A stretch of 42,748 bases of DNA from a virus. Its lineage: Duplodnaviria; Heunggongvirae; Uroviricota; Caudoviricetes. The translations under genes and the position numbers were made by a program. Location of the stretch: the IMG/VR virus record IMGVR_UViG_2695420651_000024. One strand, written 5' to 3'. The notes under the pieces are model-generated. The model saw only the letters and a list, made by a program, of their open reading frames with translations. It was not told where the DNA came from and ran no database searches. Below are positions 26,408 through 36,464 of the stretch, in pieces. Each line of letters starts with the position of its first letter. Within the stretch, counting starts at the first letter, position 1.

Positions 26408-28563
26408 CAAACCTTGCATTTTTTCCCCCCAATTCGCCTTTGGGCACGCTTATACCCGCAATTTTGCAAAACATTACTAATTCGCATTTCTTCGCGTTTT
26501 CCGATGCGGTCAGGATTTAGCCCAATCGCATCACGCAAAACATCACTTGCGCGTAAAAATTCGCAATTTCGCGGAAGTTCATTAGTCATCAGGTCGGGCG
26601 TGTCGAGCCATTTCTCTACCGTTTCAAGCCAAGCATCCTTGATGGTGTACTGTTCATGGACACTCGCTGCCAGTTGTTCAGCCTCACGGAACTGGATACC
26701 CCCCAGACGCTGAAACACCTCACGAGCCTCAGCCCAAAGTAAAAGGAGATCTCTTTTTATCGCTTTCACGTCGACTTTCGACACTTCCACGGGGAGCCAG
26801 CGACGGTTACCAGTCTTGTCCGCAAGGAATTCGTCCTCATTAGTGGTACCAACGAACACCAGGCGACGAGGAAACTGGGTGGCGAACTCCCGGTATTTCG
26901 GGATCCAGTTTTCGTGAGTACGCGTCACAAACGCTTTGATTGACTCCAGCTCTTTGGTATTAAGCCCGCGCAGTTCACCAATCTCTGCCACCAGCCGACC
27001 ACGCATTTTTCGAGCGAGATCATCGTCTTTTTCGGCAAAAGAGATTTCAGTAAAAAACGCAGGATCAGGGCTCAGTGCCTCCACTCCGGAAGACTTACCG
27101 CAGCCCTGCGGACCAACGAGGATCGGCACCATATCCGCTTTGATGCCTGGCTCCAGTACTCGCCCCGCCAACGCGGTCCACATGTACATAGACACCGCAC
27201 GGGTATAAGGCGTGTCGGCGGTACCGAAGTGCGTATGGTAGAAACATTCGATGCGCGGCACGCCATCCCACTCCAGTCCGTTCAGCCAGGTGATCGCTGA
27301 ATCGAATGGTTGTTCATCGGCTGCAAGTAACACCACATCGCGAATAAGTTCACGGCCAACAGGTTTAAATCCCCGCTTTTCCATCGTGATGCGCAGGCGC
27401 GCATAATCCGCATCGGTGAATGCCCGCCATTGTCCGGATCCTGCCGGGGCAAACATGATTTCGTCGCGGAACTGGTCAAAGCGAATATCGATGTCCACAA
27501 AATCAGAGCGTACTACTGCTTTGGCTGCATTGCTGATGGTTGCCTCGATACGCCCCCATTTATCACGCTCGAAAGCAGGCAGCGGTAAAGGTTCCGCCAC
27601 TTCGATGCTGGTCAGATCTTCGAAATCGTCGTTGCGGATCCCGATGGCATTCAGGAAATCTCCGTCATCACGATGCGCGCAACTGGCATGCAGGCATTTA
27701 AAATGCCCCTGCTCAAAGCCTGCGGTTCCCGCAGGAAAATAAACTGTGCTTGTTGGATCGCCTCCGCTACTGTGGCCGTCTTCAAACGGACAGCGGATAT
27801 ATCGTTCACCGTTTGCGCCATCCAGCAGCGTCCAGCCATTGGCATCAAGATATTCAGCTGTATCATCCGTCGCGCCGGGCGTGAATGCTGAACGGTCGCG
27901 CATCTTCGTGTTGCCCGCTTCGGTGGTTACCGACACAGGGAGTTGTTCAGCCAGGCGCTGCCACAGCGTTTCAAGCTGCTCACCTGTAATAGCCGGAGGT
28001 TCATCCGGCAAACCACCGTCCCATTCAATACGCGCGCCGCTGCTGTGCGTACCACAGGCAACGAACTGCTGCCCGTTCGCCAGCAACTCGATAATGCCCA
28101 TATCCCCCGCCAGGCGATGGATACGCTTACGGAAATCACCATCAACGGCCAGCAGATACAGACACTTATTACTGTTTGCTCGCCAGCGTCGCGGCGGCGA
28201 CTCACCCAGAAGTTGCACAAGTGTTTTGCGAATATCTGCCTGAATGTCTTCATCTTCGCTATCGCAGTCCAGCGCCAGCCAGCCATGGCCTGTACGCACG
28301 CAGATGCCATAATCCGGTTCATTCGACCAGCGGGCAAAATCATGCTCAGTAACAACATGCCCGGTCCATTGAGCAATACCTGTGACCTGGCGGTCCCGGT
28401 TATAGCGACTCGGCGTCTTACCCAACGCTTTCAATTTACTATCAGGGGATATGGTCGCACTGGGGTTACATACAACTGGGAGAAGATGAGCAGTCCGCCC
28501 CAATACCAGGTCGAAATGAAACCACTCATCAGGCGTAGCTCCCCATGGTTTGCTATCGGACAT
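26377..28563 (-). CDS. Replication primase-helicase (primase-polymerase N-domain plus D5/P4-alpha-like NTPase)
   Basis: 728 aa; Walker A VGPQGCGKSS; N-terminal prim-pol-like region; first large gene after the Cro-like gene. Confidence 0.75.
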   Translation of the reverse strand: MSDSKPWGATPDEWFHFDLVLGRTAHLLPVVCNPSATISPDSKLKALGKTPSRYNRDRQVTGIAQWTGHVVTEHDFARWSNEPDYGICVRTGHGWLALDCDSEDEDIQADIRKTLVQLLGESPPRRWRANSNKCLYLLAVDGDFRKRIHRLAGDMGIIELLANGQQFVACGTHSSGARIEWDGGLPDEPPAITGEQLETLWQRLAEQLPVSVTTEAGNTKMRDRSAFTPGATDDTAEYLDANGWTLLDGANGERYIRCPFEDGHSSGGDPTSTVYFPAGTAGFEQGHFKCLHASCAHRDDGDFLNAIGIRNDDFEDLTSIEVAEPLPLPAFERDKWGRIEATISNAAKAVVRSDFVDIDIRFDQFRDEIMFAPAGSGQWRAFTDADYARLRITMEKRGFKPVGRELIRDVVLLAADEQPFDSAITWLNGLEWDGVPRIECFYHTHFGTADTPYTRAVSMYMWTALAGRVLEPGIKADMVPILVGPQGCGKSSGVEALSPDPAFFTEISFAEKDDDLARKMRGRLVAEIGELRGLNTKELESIKAFVTRTHENWIPKYREFATQFPRRLVFVGTTNEDEFLADKTGNRRWLPVEVSKVDVKAIKRDLLLLWAEAREVFQRLGGIQFREAEQLAASVHEQYTIKDAWLETVEKWLDTPDLMTNELPRNCEFLRASDVLRDAIGLNPDRIGKREEMRISNVLQNCGYKRAQRRIGGKKCKVWEPLEPRGTT

Positions 28564-28566
28564 GGG

Positions 28567-28767
28567 TTACACCTTTTGTCTAGCTGTCACTTCCTGAAAA
28601 AGTTTTTCTATCGCACGTACTGTAGAAAAGCGAGGGTCAGAATGAACCCCGGTAAGAAGCCGACTAATAGAAGACTGCTTCACGCCTGCAATTTCGGCAA
28701 TTTGGTTTTGGGTATACCCTGAATCAATCAAGCTTTTGACCATCTCTTGTGGTGTTAGTCCGGACAT
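28567..28767 (-). CDS. cro: Cro-like HTH regulator
   Basis: 66 aa; XRE-type HTH (YTQNQIAEIAGVKQSSISRLL); divergent from the CI-like repressor and heading the minus-strand operon. Confidence 0.6.
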   Translation of the reverse strand: MSGLTPQEMVKSLIDSGYTQNQIAEIAGVKQSSISRLLTGVHSDPRFSTVRAIEKLFQEVTARQKV

Positions 28768-28908
28768 ATTTAAGTCTCCACTTTCGTCTATAGCGCAAAT
28801 TTATACGAAAACGGATTACTCAGCAATACAGCAATTCTATGTCATCCTAGATTAAAATATCCGATAACGCATAATCACCGTCCCTGTATACAACATGGAT
28901 GAATCCAA
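28768..28908. promoter_or_regulatory. Divergent repressor/cro promoter-operator region
   Basis: 141-bp gap between divergent cro-like and cI-like genes; contains GATAACGCATAATC (28863..28876), a motif repeated at 29683..29719. Confidence 0.45.
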
Positions 28909-29583
28909 ATGATTGATACTACCGATATCCTTTCTCAAAACATCAAGTACCTGATGGACAAAGCCAAGATAAGCTCGATAACTGAGCTGGCACGTCGGTT
29001 ACAGCTGAACCAACCAACGCTACACAGGCTGGTATCAGGAGAGGTGAAAGATCCGAAATACGCAACGTTAAAGCAGATCGCCGACTACTTCCACGTGTCA
29101 CCAATAGACTTGGCAGAAAGGAGCCTTCAAGAAATGGAGAAAGAGGACGCGACAGGTATAAAAACGTATATTTCTCTTAGGTTTAATAAAGTACCTGTTT
29201 TGGGAAACACTCAGCTAGGCGTTGGAGGACTTTGGAGCGACACCCAATATTCAGTAGGTAGCAGTGATGGTTTCATATACTGGCCGACAAAGGATGAAGA
29301 TGCATACGCCCTGAAATGTGTTGGTGATTCAATGATGCCTAGAATCAAAGAGGGGGAGTTCGTAATCGTCGAACCCAACCACGACTACACTCCTGGTGAT
29401 GAAGTACTTGTGGTTACCCGGGAAGGTGAGGTCATGGTTAAAACCTTCTTGTTCGAACGCGATGGCCTGTTCCATCTAATGTCTGTAAATGAAGATCATC
29501 CACCAGTCAGAGTACCACGCGAAAACATTGAAAAAATCCATTACGTGGCGGGGATCGCCAAATCCGCGCTACGTATGTACTAA
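28909..29583 (+). CDS. cI: CI-like prophage repressor (HTH plus S24/LexA-type autopeptidase domain)
   Basis: 224 aa; N-terminal HTH (ITELARRLQLNQPTLHRLVSG); C-terminal LKCVGDSMMPRIKEGEFVIVEP (Ser) and a downstream Lys, as in LexA/CI. Confidence 0.8.
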   Translation: MIDTTDILSQNIKYLMDKAKISSITELARRLQLNQPTLHRLVSGEVKDPKYATLKQIADYFHVSPIDLAERSLQEMEKEDATGIKTYISLRFNKVPVLGNTQLGVGGLWSDTQYSVGSSDGFIYWPTKDEDAYALKCVGDSMMPRIKEGEFVIVEPNHDYTPGDEVLVVTREGEVMVKTFLFERDGLFHLMSVNEDHPPVRVPRENIEKIHYVAGIAKSALRMY

Positions 29584-29613
29584 CCTTTACAGTCTGATAA
29601 CTTACTTCTGATC

Positions 29614-29646
29614 AAACCGCTCTCCACAAGGGCGGTTTTCTTATTT
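29614..29646 (+). terminator. Putative intrinsic terminator after the repressor gene
   Basis: AAACCGC...GCGGTTT stem followed by TCTTATTT; the loop is long, so only moderate support. Confidence 0.4.
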
Positions 29647-29667
29647 GCAAAATAATTCATTTTCGTA

Positions 29668-29696
29668 TTGACACAAAATCCCATAACGCATATAAA
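29668..29696 (+). promoter_or_regulatory. Near-consensus sigma70 promoter (TTGACA, 17 nt, TATAAA), overlapped by operator-like repeats
   Basis: -35 TTGACA at 29668..29673, 17-nt spacer, -10 TATAAA at 29691..29696. ATAACGCATATAAA overlaps the -10; the near-palindrome CGCATAATTAATGCG lies at 29705..29719. Confidence 0.5.
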
Positions 29697-30001
29697 TACG
29701 ATATCGCATAATTAATGCGTTTTTTAATACTGGCTCTTTAACAAACTGAACCGCGTGACAGGTAAGCCGCAGTACTCCTGGCAAAACGAAATAGCACCCG
29801 ATGGGATCGAGGTAAGCGCCGAGTCCGTATGCGTACGGTAAGCGTAGAGGACAACACCGCGACAAACTGATAAGTCACGCAAGTTGAAACGCCCCGACGA
29901 TGGGGCGCTTAGTTCCTTTTGGGGTGGGGTGAAGATCAGTCCATTGAGTCAATCCGAAGTTCAGCATCTACCACTACACCACCACCAAAGAGAACTGCTA
30001 A

Positions 30002-30526
30002 TCATCTGGCAGGTTGTAACGGTGCAGGAGTTTTGCCACTGACTTCTATATTTCGGGGAAATTTATATTCAGCGGAGCATTTATGACACTTGAGAATTTT
30101 ATAAGCGGCATTAGAAGTATGGTATTGAAGTATAGACTTCATACCCGACTCATAGCATGTAGTACAAAGATAATGAGGCTTGAACTCAGGATCGTCAGTA
30201 GGCTTCAGTACATAGACCACCGTATTGGTAATCGGGTGGTACATTTCATAGTTCATTTTCTCACTATCCCAATCCTGTTTCTTTTCCAGAAGGGATTCGA
30301 GTTCAACAATGCGCTGTTTAGCTTCGTTCAAAAGCTCCGTTAGTGCGAATTGTCCAGTACGCGCATCAATTAGTTTATCAAGTAGATCGATAGTTTTACT
30401 TTTAACATTGTAATCCACCTGCAACGCATTAACTTCTTTTGCTAAATCAACAGCACCTTTCAAAGCACCACCAGCACTAGTGGCCGCCTCAGTTATACGC
30501 CGTACAAGTCCTTTTTCTTCAGACAT
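30002..30526 (-). CDS. Hypothetical protein with N-terminal coiled coil and C-terminal C4 zinc ribbon
   Basis: 174 aa; CTTC...(x20)...CHKC; GC lower than neighbours; sits in the immunity region beside cI, antisense to the strong plus-strand promoter. Confidence 0.5.
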   Translation of the reverse strand: MSEEKGLVRRITEAATSAGGALKGAVDLAKEVNALQVDYNVKSKTIDLLDKLIDARTGQFALTELLNEAKQRIVELESLLEKKQDWDSEKMNYEMYHPITNTVVYVLKPTDDPEFKPHYLCTTCYESGMKSILQYHTSNAAYKILKCHKCSAEYKFPRNIEVSGKTPAPLQPAR

Positions 30527-30665
30527 CTTAATTCTCTCTAAAACTATAGGGGTAAAGAGATATTAGCCGAATTCTCGCTGTAGGGGTACAGAGAGAGCCA
30601 TCTCGTCTGACGTGGTTAAAAGCAGGCATTCGCTGACATCCAAGTAATTGCTGTGTGTAGCCTTT

Positions 30666-30691
30666 GCCCGCCTCAAGTGACGGGCTTTTTT
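30666..30691 (+). terminator. Putative intrinsic terminator upstream of the early operon
   Basis: GCCCG-(10-nt loop)-CGGGC followed by TTTTTT. Confidence 0.4.
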
Positions 30692-30750
30692 ATGTCTGAA
30701 AGCGCACTCGCAACAGCGTGCTCCCCGATATGAAAAAAGGAATACAACCG

Positions 30751-30900
30751 ATGAAACCTGAATACCTCCATCGACTGACGGGGCGCGATGTTCTCCGTTA
30801 TCGCCGTAAAAACTTCGATTTGATGACCGGTCTGGCCGTTGCCACTGCGCTCGGTCTGATCATCACTTTCATTCTCCTTGTAGCGAGGACCACAGTATGA
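30751..30900 (+). CDS. Small membrane protein (49 aa), first gene of the early operon
   Basis: ATG at 30751 preceded by AAGGA; C-terminal TM (LAVATALGLIITFILLV); stop overlaps the next start (ATGA). Confidence 0.35.
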   Translation: MKPEYLHRLTGRDVLRYRRKNFDLMTGLAVATALGLIITFILLVARTTV

Positions 30901-31799
30901 GTTTAGAAACCAGTCTCGAACTTAATAATCAACTTCTGGCACAACATAATGCGCTGCTTGAACGTCTTATCCGCACAATGGCATCAGGCATTGTTATGCA
31001 TCCTGACACGATTTCACGAGTGCAGGAATGTCGGGATACAGCAACTGAAACTGAAAATATGTCAGCGGCAATGACACTGGATGATCTGGAGTTCAGCGAC
31101 GTTATCGCACTGGCTGGTTTCTACCCGGTAGCCACCCCTATCACAGAAGACATGCTGCAACGTGCTGTTGCCTACCGTGATGCTGAAGGCGATAAACGAG
31201 TAGTTCAGATTGATGCTCTCGACAGCGCATTGCAGGGCGTCAAACGAGCCAGGGCGCTGCTTAAACCTGCTCTCCTGGACCTGTCCCGTAACATCCTTAA
31301 GTTCTGGGACGACCTGCCAACCATCGGCGAGCGACGTGTTTTTGCCGAGCAGCTACTTGATGCACCTGCGGATGGGCGTGATGAAGTTAAGCCGAAAAAG
31401 GCCAGTAACAAAGATGGAGAACGCACGGGGCCGTTTTACGTCAAAAATGTATCCGGCACAGCAGCCAGTGAACTCCACACCTTACGCAAGTTGAACGAGA
31501 TGCTGAAAAAAGGCCATATCGAGATCAACCGTGTTGAGTACCTTCAGCTGCAAGAAGAATTTGCACGCAGAGACGCAGCAAATTCCAGCCAGAATCATGA
31601 CGCCAAAGATGACCATACAATTGATTTCGCGGCACTACGCAAACAAGCTGAAGGGTTGATCCTCCAGTTAGCAAAAGGGGGTTACCGGGCAGAAGCTATT
31701 GCAATTCTGGAAAAACAGGGAGCCAGGAAACTTGGTGAAGTAACGGATGAAAATCTCGCTGAAGTAATCACCCTGGCTGAAAAAGCACTGGAGGGTTAA
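30897..31799 (+). CDS. Hypothetical early protein (300 aa)
   Basis: ORF with coupled start; no recognisable motif. Confidence 0.45.
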   Translation: MSLETSLELNNQLLAQHNALLERLIRTMASGIVMHPDTISRVQECRDTATETENMSAAMTLDDLEFSDVIALAGFYPVATPITEDMLQRAVAYRDAEGDKRVVQIDALDSALQGVKRARALLKPALLDLSRNILKFWDDLPTIGERRVFAEQLLDAPADGRDEVKPKKASNKDGERTGPFYVKNVSGTAASELHTLRKLNEMLKKGHIEINRVEYLQLQEEFARRDAANSSQNHDAKDDHTIDFAALRKQAEGLILQLAKGGYRAEAIAILEKQGARKLGEVTDENLAEVITLAEKALEG

Positions 31800-31801
31800 T
31801 C

Positions 31802-33103
31802 ATGCCAGACGTTCATGCACAACTTTCTCCATCATCAGCGCATCGATGGATGCGCTGCCCAGGAAGTCTGGCGCTGGAGGCCACACAACCGGATAAAGAA
31901 ACAACTTTTGCAATCGAGGGCACTGCAGCGCACGCGCTTGCTGAAAAAGTTCTACGAAACAGGCAAAGCTACCCGGAACACTACGCCGGATGCAATGTTT
32001 CTATGTTTCTCAGCTCATACCCCCTTCGCGAAAATCCTAATGATACATCTGGCCCACAGGTGGATGATGAAATGGTCGAAGCCGTTGGCCGGTATGTTGA
32101 TACGGTCTGGACTCTTGCACAGAATAATGAACTATTGGTTGAACAACGTGTTGATTTCTCACATATAACGGGTGTGGAAGAATCTTTCGGAACTGCCGAC
32201 GGCATAATCATTGCTGGTAGCGAATTACAAATCCACGACCTGAAATATGGCAAAGGCGTCCGCATTGATGCAGAACAAAATGAGCAACTACAACTGTATG
32301 CTCTGGGTGCGCTCGAACAATTCAGCATGCTGTATGACTTTGAGACTGTAAGATTATTTATTCACCAGCCAAGGCTCAACCACGTTTCAGAATGGTCGTT
32401 AACCGTACAGGAACTTCAGTCTTTCGGTGAACGGGCACTGGAGGCCGCAACCAGTGCGATCCTTGTTCTCAATATTGCTGAATGCGAAGGCATTGAGACA
32501 CTACCGCTGGAAAACTTCATACCTGGAGAAAAACAGTGCCGCTTCTGTAAAGCAAAAGCTATTTGCACTGCCCAGAAAATGCAGCATTTACAAACAGCGG
32601 CCAGCGATTTTGAAGATCTGACAAAGCCTGTCAGCGAAATAATCTCCAATGCCAGCGCACGTGTACCTCTGTTAACCATTGAGCAGCTTGCGGAGATCTA
32701 TAGCCAGGCCGACTTTATTGAATCCTGGCTAAAGGCAGTACGAGACCGGGTTCACAATGAACTCAATGCCGGACATCCGGTACCGGGGTTTAAACTGGTA
32801 ACAGGAAAACAAGGTAACCGGGCCTGGAGTGATGAAGAGGCAGCTCGCGCACTTCTGAAGGACCAGTTCAGGTACAAAACTGAAGAAGTATTCGACTTTA
32901 AACTTATTAGCCCCACAAAAGCCGAAAAACTTATCAAAAAGGCCAGTCCGCGCCGTTGGTCAAAAGTCGAGGCACTGATAACACGAGCTGATGGTAAACC
33001 CACCATCGTTCCCGAGTCAGACCCACGCCCCGCACTCAATATCAACCCTGTAAATGATTTCGACGACGTATCCGACGATACGCTAACCGCAGACCTCATC
33101 TGA
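31802..33103 (+). CDS. PD-(D/E)XK-type nuclease, DUF2800-like
   Basis: 433 aa; N-terminal [15 protein letters not shown]... typical of the DUF2800 family that accompanies phage PolA modules; RBS GAGGG. Confidence 0.6.
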   Translation: MPDVHAQLSPSSAHRWMRCPGSLALEATQPDKETTFAIEGTAAHALAEKVLRNRQSYPEHYAGCNVSMFLSSYPLRENPNDTSGPQVDDEMVEAVGRYVDTVWTLAQNNELLVEQRVDFSHITGVEESFGTADGIIIAGSELQIHDLKYGKGVRIDAEQNEQLQLYALGALEQFSMLYDFETVRLFIHQPRLNHVSEWSLTVQELQSFGERALEAATSAILVLNIAECEGIETLPLENFIPGEKQCRFCKAKAICTAQKMQHLQTAASDFEDLTKPVSEIISNASARVPLLTIEQLAEIYSQADFIESWLKAVRDRVHNELNAGHPVPGFKLVTGKQGNRAWSDEEAARALLKDQFRYKTEEVFDFKLISPTKAEKLIKKASPRRWSKVEALITRADGKPTIVPESDPRPALNINPVNDFDDVSDDTLTADLI

Positions 33104-33118
33104 TTTAAGGAAATACCC

Positions 33119-33667
33119 ATGAAACTGAAGCTGAACAATGTTCGTCTGGCCTTCCCGTCTCTGTTTGAAGCTAAAACTGTAAACGGCGAAGGCGATCCAC
33201 GTTTCTCCGCAGTATTTTTAATGTCACCCAAACACCCACAACTGGAAGAAATCCGTAAAGCTATGAAGCAGGTAGCGAAGGAAAAATGGGGAGAGAAGTG
33301 GGAGCCCATTTATAACCAACTGGAGAAAAAACTCAATCTGTGCCTGCATGATGGTGATGAAAAAGCAGAGTATGAAGGCTTCCCCGGCAATTTCTTCCTG
33401 AATGCTGCTAACAAAGCGCGCCCAGCTGTTCTTGATCGCGATCGTTCGCCACTTATTCAGGCTGATGGACGTCCCTATGCAGGGTGCTATGTAAACGCCG
33501 TTATCGATATCTGGGCACAGGACAATAATTTCGGTAAACGCATTAATGCCTCACTAGGCGGAGTCCAGTTCCTGCGAGACGGCGATGCATTCGCTGGCGG
33601 CGGAGTGGCAAGCGCTGACGATTTCGACGATATCAGCGAAGGTGCTGATGCTGAAGCACTGATTTAA
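33119..33667 (+). CDS. DUF2815-like protein (putative ssDNA-binding)
   Basis: 182 aa; MKLKLNNVRLAFPSLFEAK... N-terminus; acidic C-terminal tail (DDFDDISEGADAEALI) as in SSBs. Confidence 0.55.
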   Translation: MKLKLNNVRLAFPSLFEAKTVNGEGDPRFSAVFLMSPKHPQLEEIRKAMKQVAKEKWGEKWEPIYNQLEKKLNLCLHDGDEKAEYEGFPGNFFLNAANKARPAVLDRDRSPLIQADGRPYAGCYVNAVIDIWAQDNNFGKRINASLGGVQFLRDGDAFAGGGVASADDFDDISEGADAEALI

Positions 33668-33719
33668 CCCTACTTCATAGACGCCCGGTTAAATACCGGG
33701 CTGCTGATTAGGCGTATAA

Positions 33720-34349
33720 TCACTCAGGAATCTTAATCTTCCTCAATTCTTTATTTAGTTCACAGATCTTCTTCTTAGACGGGAAAGTATCATACATCCA
33801 AAAACCAACAGTCTCTAAAACTATTGTCATAACCATATACACAAGATAATTTAAAAGGCCTTCATTTTGCCCTATGGAAATAATGCAGATAATAGAAAAA
33901 AGGATAAACAGCACAAAACACAGAAAGGAAAACAGACGACTAATAATAAATAAAAAACCTGAAAAATTAACATTGATGAAAAACACTCCGTTATCTTTCT
34001 CTATATAATTCTGAAGCTTAATCACCTGATTTATATACTGTCTTTTTTCTAATCTATTGCAAATGTAAATAACATCACTTCGGTTATAAGAAGATTGCAA
34101 TTTCAGCGCATCACGAATAATTTTATCATTTATTCTTTTTTCTATGGCACTCTTATCCTCCTTATCCAGATAACGTTCATACTTAACTAAATATAAAATT
34201 AACTTCTTGACATATTTAGGCTCTTTATACTTATAATTAAAAATGATCTTTCTTATCCAGACTCCCATAACAATCAAACATGAAAAAATATATCCAGCTA
34301 TTTTCTCCAGATGCTCTGTATGGTCAATCAAGTATTGGATCATATGCAT
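33720..34349 (-). CDS. Hypothetical polytopic membrane protein on a low-GC insert, opposite strand to the early operon
   Basis: 209 aa; TM near the N-terminus, K/E/Y-rich cytoplasmic region, then a long hydrophobic stretch (FSGFLFIISRLFSFLCFVLFILFSIICIISIG) and a further TM; very AT-rich DNA. Confidence 0.5.
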   Translation of the reverse strand: MHMIQYLIDHTEHLEKIAGYIFSCLIVMGVWIRKIIFNYKYKEPKYVKKLILYLVKYERYLDKEDKSAIEKRINDKIIRDALKLQSSYNRSDVIYICNRLEKRQYINQVIKLQNYIEKDNGVFFINVNFSGFLFIISRLFSFLCFVLFILFSIICIISIGQNEGLLNYLVYMVMTIVLETVGFWMYDTFPSKKKICELNKELRKIKIPE

Positions 34350-34395
34350 AATTAATCTTTTAATCAGTTAATAGAATAAAAACCAAGGTAAACAC

Positions 34396-36459
34396 ATGTC
34401 CAATATACTATGGGGCGACCTGGAAACCTATTGCGAAATCCCTATTACGAACGGTACCCATGCGTATGCCGAAGGCGTTGAAGTGATGCTGTTCGCATGG
34501 GCTATCAACGACGGGCCAGTAAACGTATGGGATATCACTGCCGGTGGTGGTATTCCACACGGCTTATACGAAGCAATCGCAGCCCCTGAAACCCTGCTTT
34601 ATTTTCATAACTCTCACTTCGACCGCACCGTCCTGCGTTATGCAATGCCGCGACTGGCACCGCCAGTCGAACGTTGGCGCGACACGATGGTGCAGGCGCT
34701 GGCGCACGGTCTCCCGGGGGCTCTGGGGGAACTCTGCGAAGTACTAGGCGTCCCGCAAGACAAAGCGAAGGACAAAGAAGGTAAAGCGCTGATCCAGCTG
34801 TTCTGTAAGCCACGCCCGAAAAACAGCAAACTGCGCCGGGCCACCAGCAAAACCCACCCGGAAGAATGGCGGCGCTTTGTTGCTTACGCCGGACTGGATA
34901 TCGAGGCAATGCGCGAAGTCTATAAACGTCTGCCGAAGTGGAATTATCAGGGGACAGAACTGGCGCTCTGGCATCGTGATCAGCAGATCAATGACCGGGG
35001 CGTCTGCATGGACGTGGAACTCGCACGCGCTGCGATCGACGCGGTAGACCAGGAACAAAAGCGCCTGGCAAAGCGTACACAGGAAATGACTGATGGCGAA
35101 GTGCAGGCAGCCACACAACGAGACGCGTTGATTAAGCACATTGTTGAATCCTACGGTGTGGAGCTACCAGACATGCAACGCAGTACTCTGGAACGTCGTA
35201 TTGCCGACCCCGATTTACCATCTGCCGTGAAAGAACTGCTGGCTATCCGCCTGCAGGCCAGTACTACCAGCACCAGTAAATACAAGGCACTGATGAAAGG
35301 CGTAAGCCACGACGGGCGCTTACGCGGTACGCTACAGTTCTGCGGGGCGTCACGTACCGGTCGTTGGGCCGGACGGCTATTCCAGCCCCAGAACCTTCCC
35401 CGCCCTTCACTAAAACAGGAACAAATAGACGAAGGCATCGAAGCACTGAAAGCCGGATGTGCAGACCTGCTGTTTGACAATATCATGGAACTAACCAGTT
35501 CAGCGTTACGTGGCTGCATTATCGCGCCAACAGGCAAAAAGCTGGTGGTAAGTGACTTGTCGAACATTGAAGGCCGTATGCTGGCATGGCTGGCGGGAGA
35601 AGAATGGAAACTGAATGCATTCAGAGAGTACGACGCCGGAACGGGTCCGGACTTATATAAACTGGCGTATGCAAAAGCTTTCGATATTGCACCAGATGAT
35701 GTTGATAAACACATGCGTCAGATCGGTAAAGTCATGGAACTCGGTCTGGGTTATGGAGGAGGTGTATCGGCTTTCATCACTTTTGCTCTGGTTTACGGTC
35801 TCGATCTCGACGGGCTGGCGAACGCCGCACTGCCAAACATTCCCCGCGATGTTATCCGCGAGGCGAAAAGCTGGTACGACGAATCGGTTAAACGTAAATC
35901 GACCTACGGGCTTTCTGAACGGGTATTTATCGCCTGCGACTCACTTAAACGTCTCTGGCGCCGGGCGCATCCCGCGACCTGTGATTTCTGGTACGAACTG
36001 GAGTGCACCGTCCGCACAGCAATCGCCACACCGCAAAAAACATTGTATTGCGGTTATCTTAAAATCCGCCGCGATGGCGCGTGGCTGCGCATACAGCTAC
36101 CATCCGGACGCGCTGTATGCTACCCGTCTCCGGTTATCGAACAAGGGAATATCACCTACATGGGTGTTAACTCTTATTCGCGTAAATGGCAACGACTCAA
36201 AACCTACGGCGGAAAGCTGGTGGAGAACGTCACCCAGGCGGCCGCCCGCGACGTTCTGGCCGGAAACATGCCGCTTATCGAAGATGCCGGTTACAGCATT
36301 GTGCTGACGGTACACGACGAGGTGATCACCGAATCACCTGACACAGAAGATTTCAACGATAAAGCGCTTTCCGCGCTTCTCTCCACTAACCCCGAATGGG
36401 CGCCAGATATCCCACTGAACGCTGGCGGTTTTGAGGCGTACCACTACCGTAAGGATTAA
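34396..36459 (+). CDS. Family-A DNA polymerase (phage PolA-like)
   Basis: 687 aa; pol motifs ([23 protein letters not shown]) and an N-terminal exonuclease-like region; RBS AAGG. Confidence 0.75.
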   Translation: MSNILWGDLETYCEIPITNGTHAYAEGVEVMLFAWAINDGPVNVWDITAGGGIPHGLYEAIAAPETLLYFHNSHFDRTVLRYAMPRLAPPVERWRDTMVQALAHGLPGALGELCEVLGVPQDKAKDKEGKALIQLFCKPRPKNSKLRRATSKTHPEEWRRFVAYAGLDIEAMREVYKRLPKWNYQGTELALWHRDQQINDRGVCMDVELARAAIDAVDQEQKRLAKRTQEMTDGEVQAATQRDALIKHIVESYGVELPDMQRSTLERRIADPDLPSAVKELLAIRLQASTTSTSKYKALMKGVSHDGRLRGTLQFCGASRTGRWAGRLFQPQNLPRPSLKQEQIDEGIEALKAGCADLLFDNIMELTSSALRGCIIAPTGKKLVVSDLSNIEGRMLAWLAGEEWKLNAFREYDAGTGPDLYKLAYAKAFDIAPDDVDKHMRQIGKVMELGLGYGGGVSAFITFALVYGLDLDGLANAALPNIPRDVIREAKSWYDESVKRKSTYGLSERVFIACDSLKRLWRRAHPATCDFWYELECTVRTAIATPQKTLYCGYLKIRRDGAWLRIQLPSGRAVCYPSPVIEQGNITYMGVNSYSRKWQRLKTYGGKLVENVTQAAARDVLAGNMPLIEDAGYSIVLTVHDEVITESPDTEDFNDKALSALLSTNPEWAPDIPLNAGGFEAYHYRKD

Positions 36460-36464
36460 CTCCT

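Noticed and set aside
26132-26480. Three overlapping ORFs (26132..26419 -, 26148..26480 +, 26208..26474 -) across the GGAACCACC repeat region
   Set aside because: They consist almost entirely of translated iterons and AT repeats, have no start context, and overlap each other on both strands. Interpreted as origin repeats, not genes.
27943-28722. A 259-aa plus-strand ORF antisense to the primase-helicase gene
   Set aside because: It lies wholly within a well-supported minus-strand gene with helicase motifs; it is a typical GC-rich antisense shadow ORF with no RBS or partner genes.
29641-29865. A 74-aa minus-strand ORF over the strong promoter and leader
   Set aside because: It overlaps the -35/-10 elements and hairpins and has no RBS; the region is better explained as regulatory or non-coding.
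35151-35714. A 187-aa minus-strand ORF inside the DNA polymerase gene
   Set aside because: Antisense to a gene with clear polymerase motifs; no start context.
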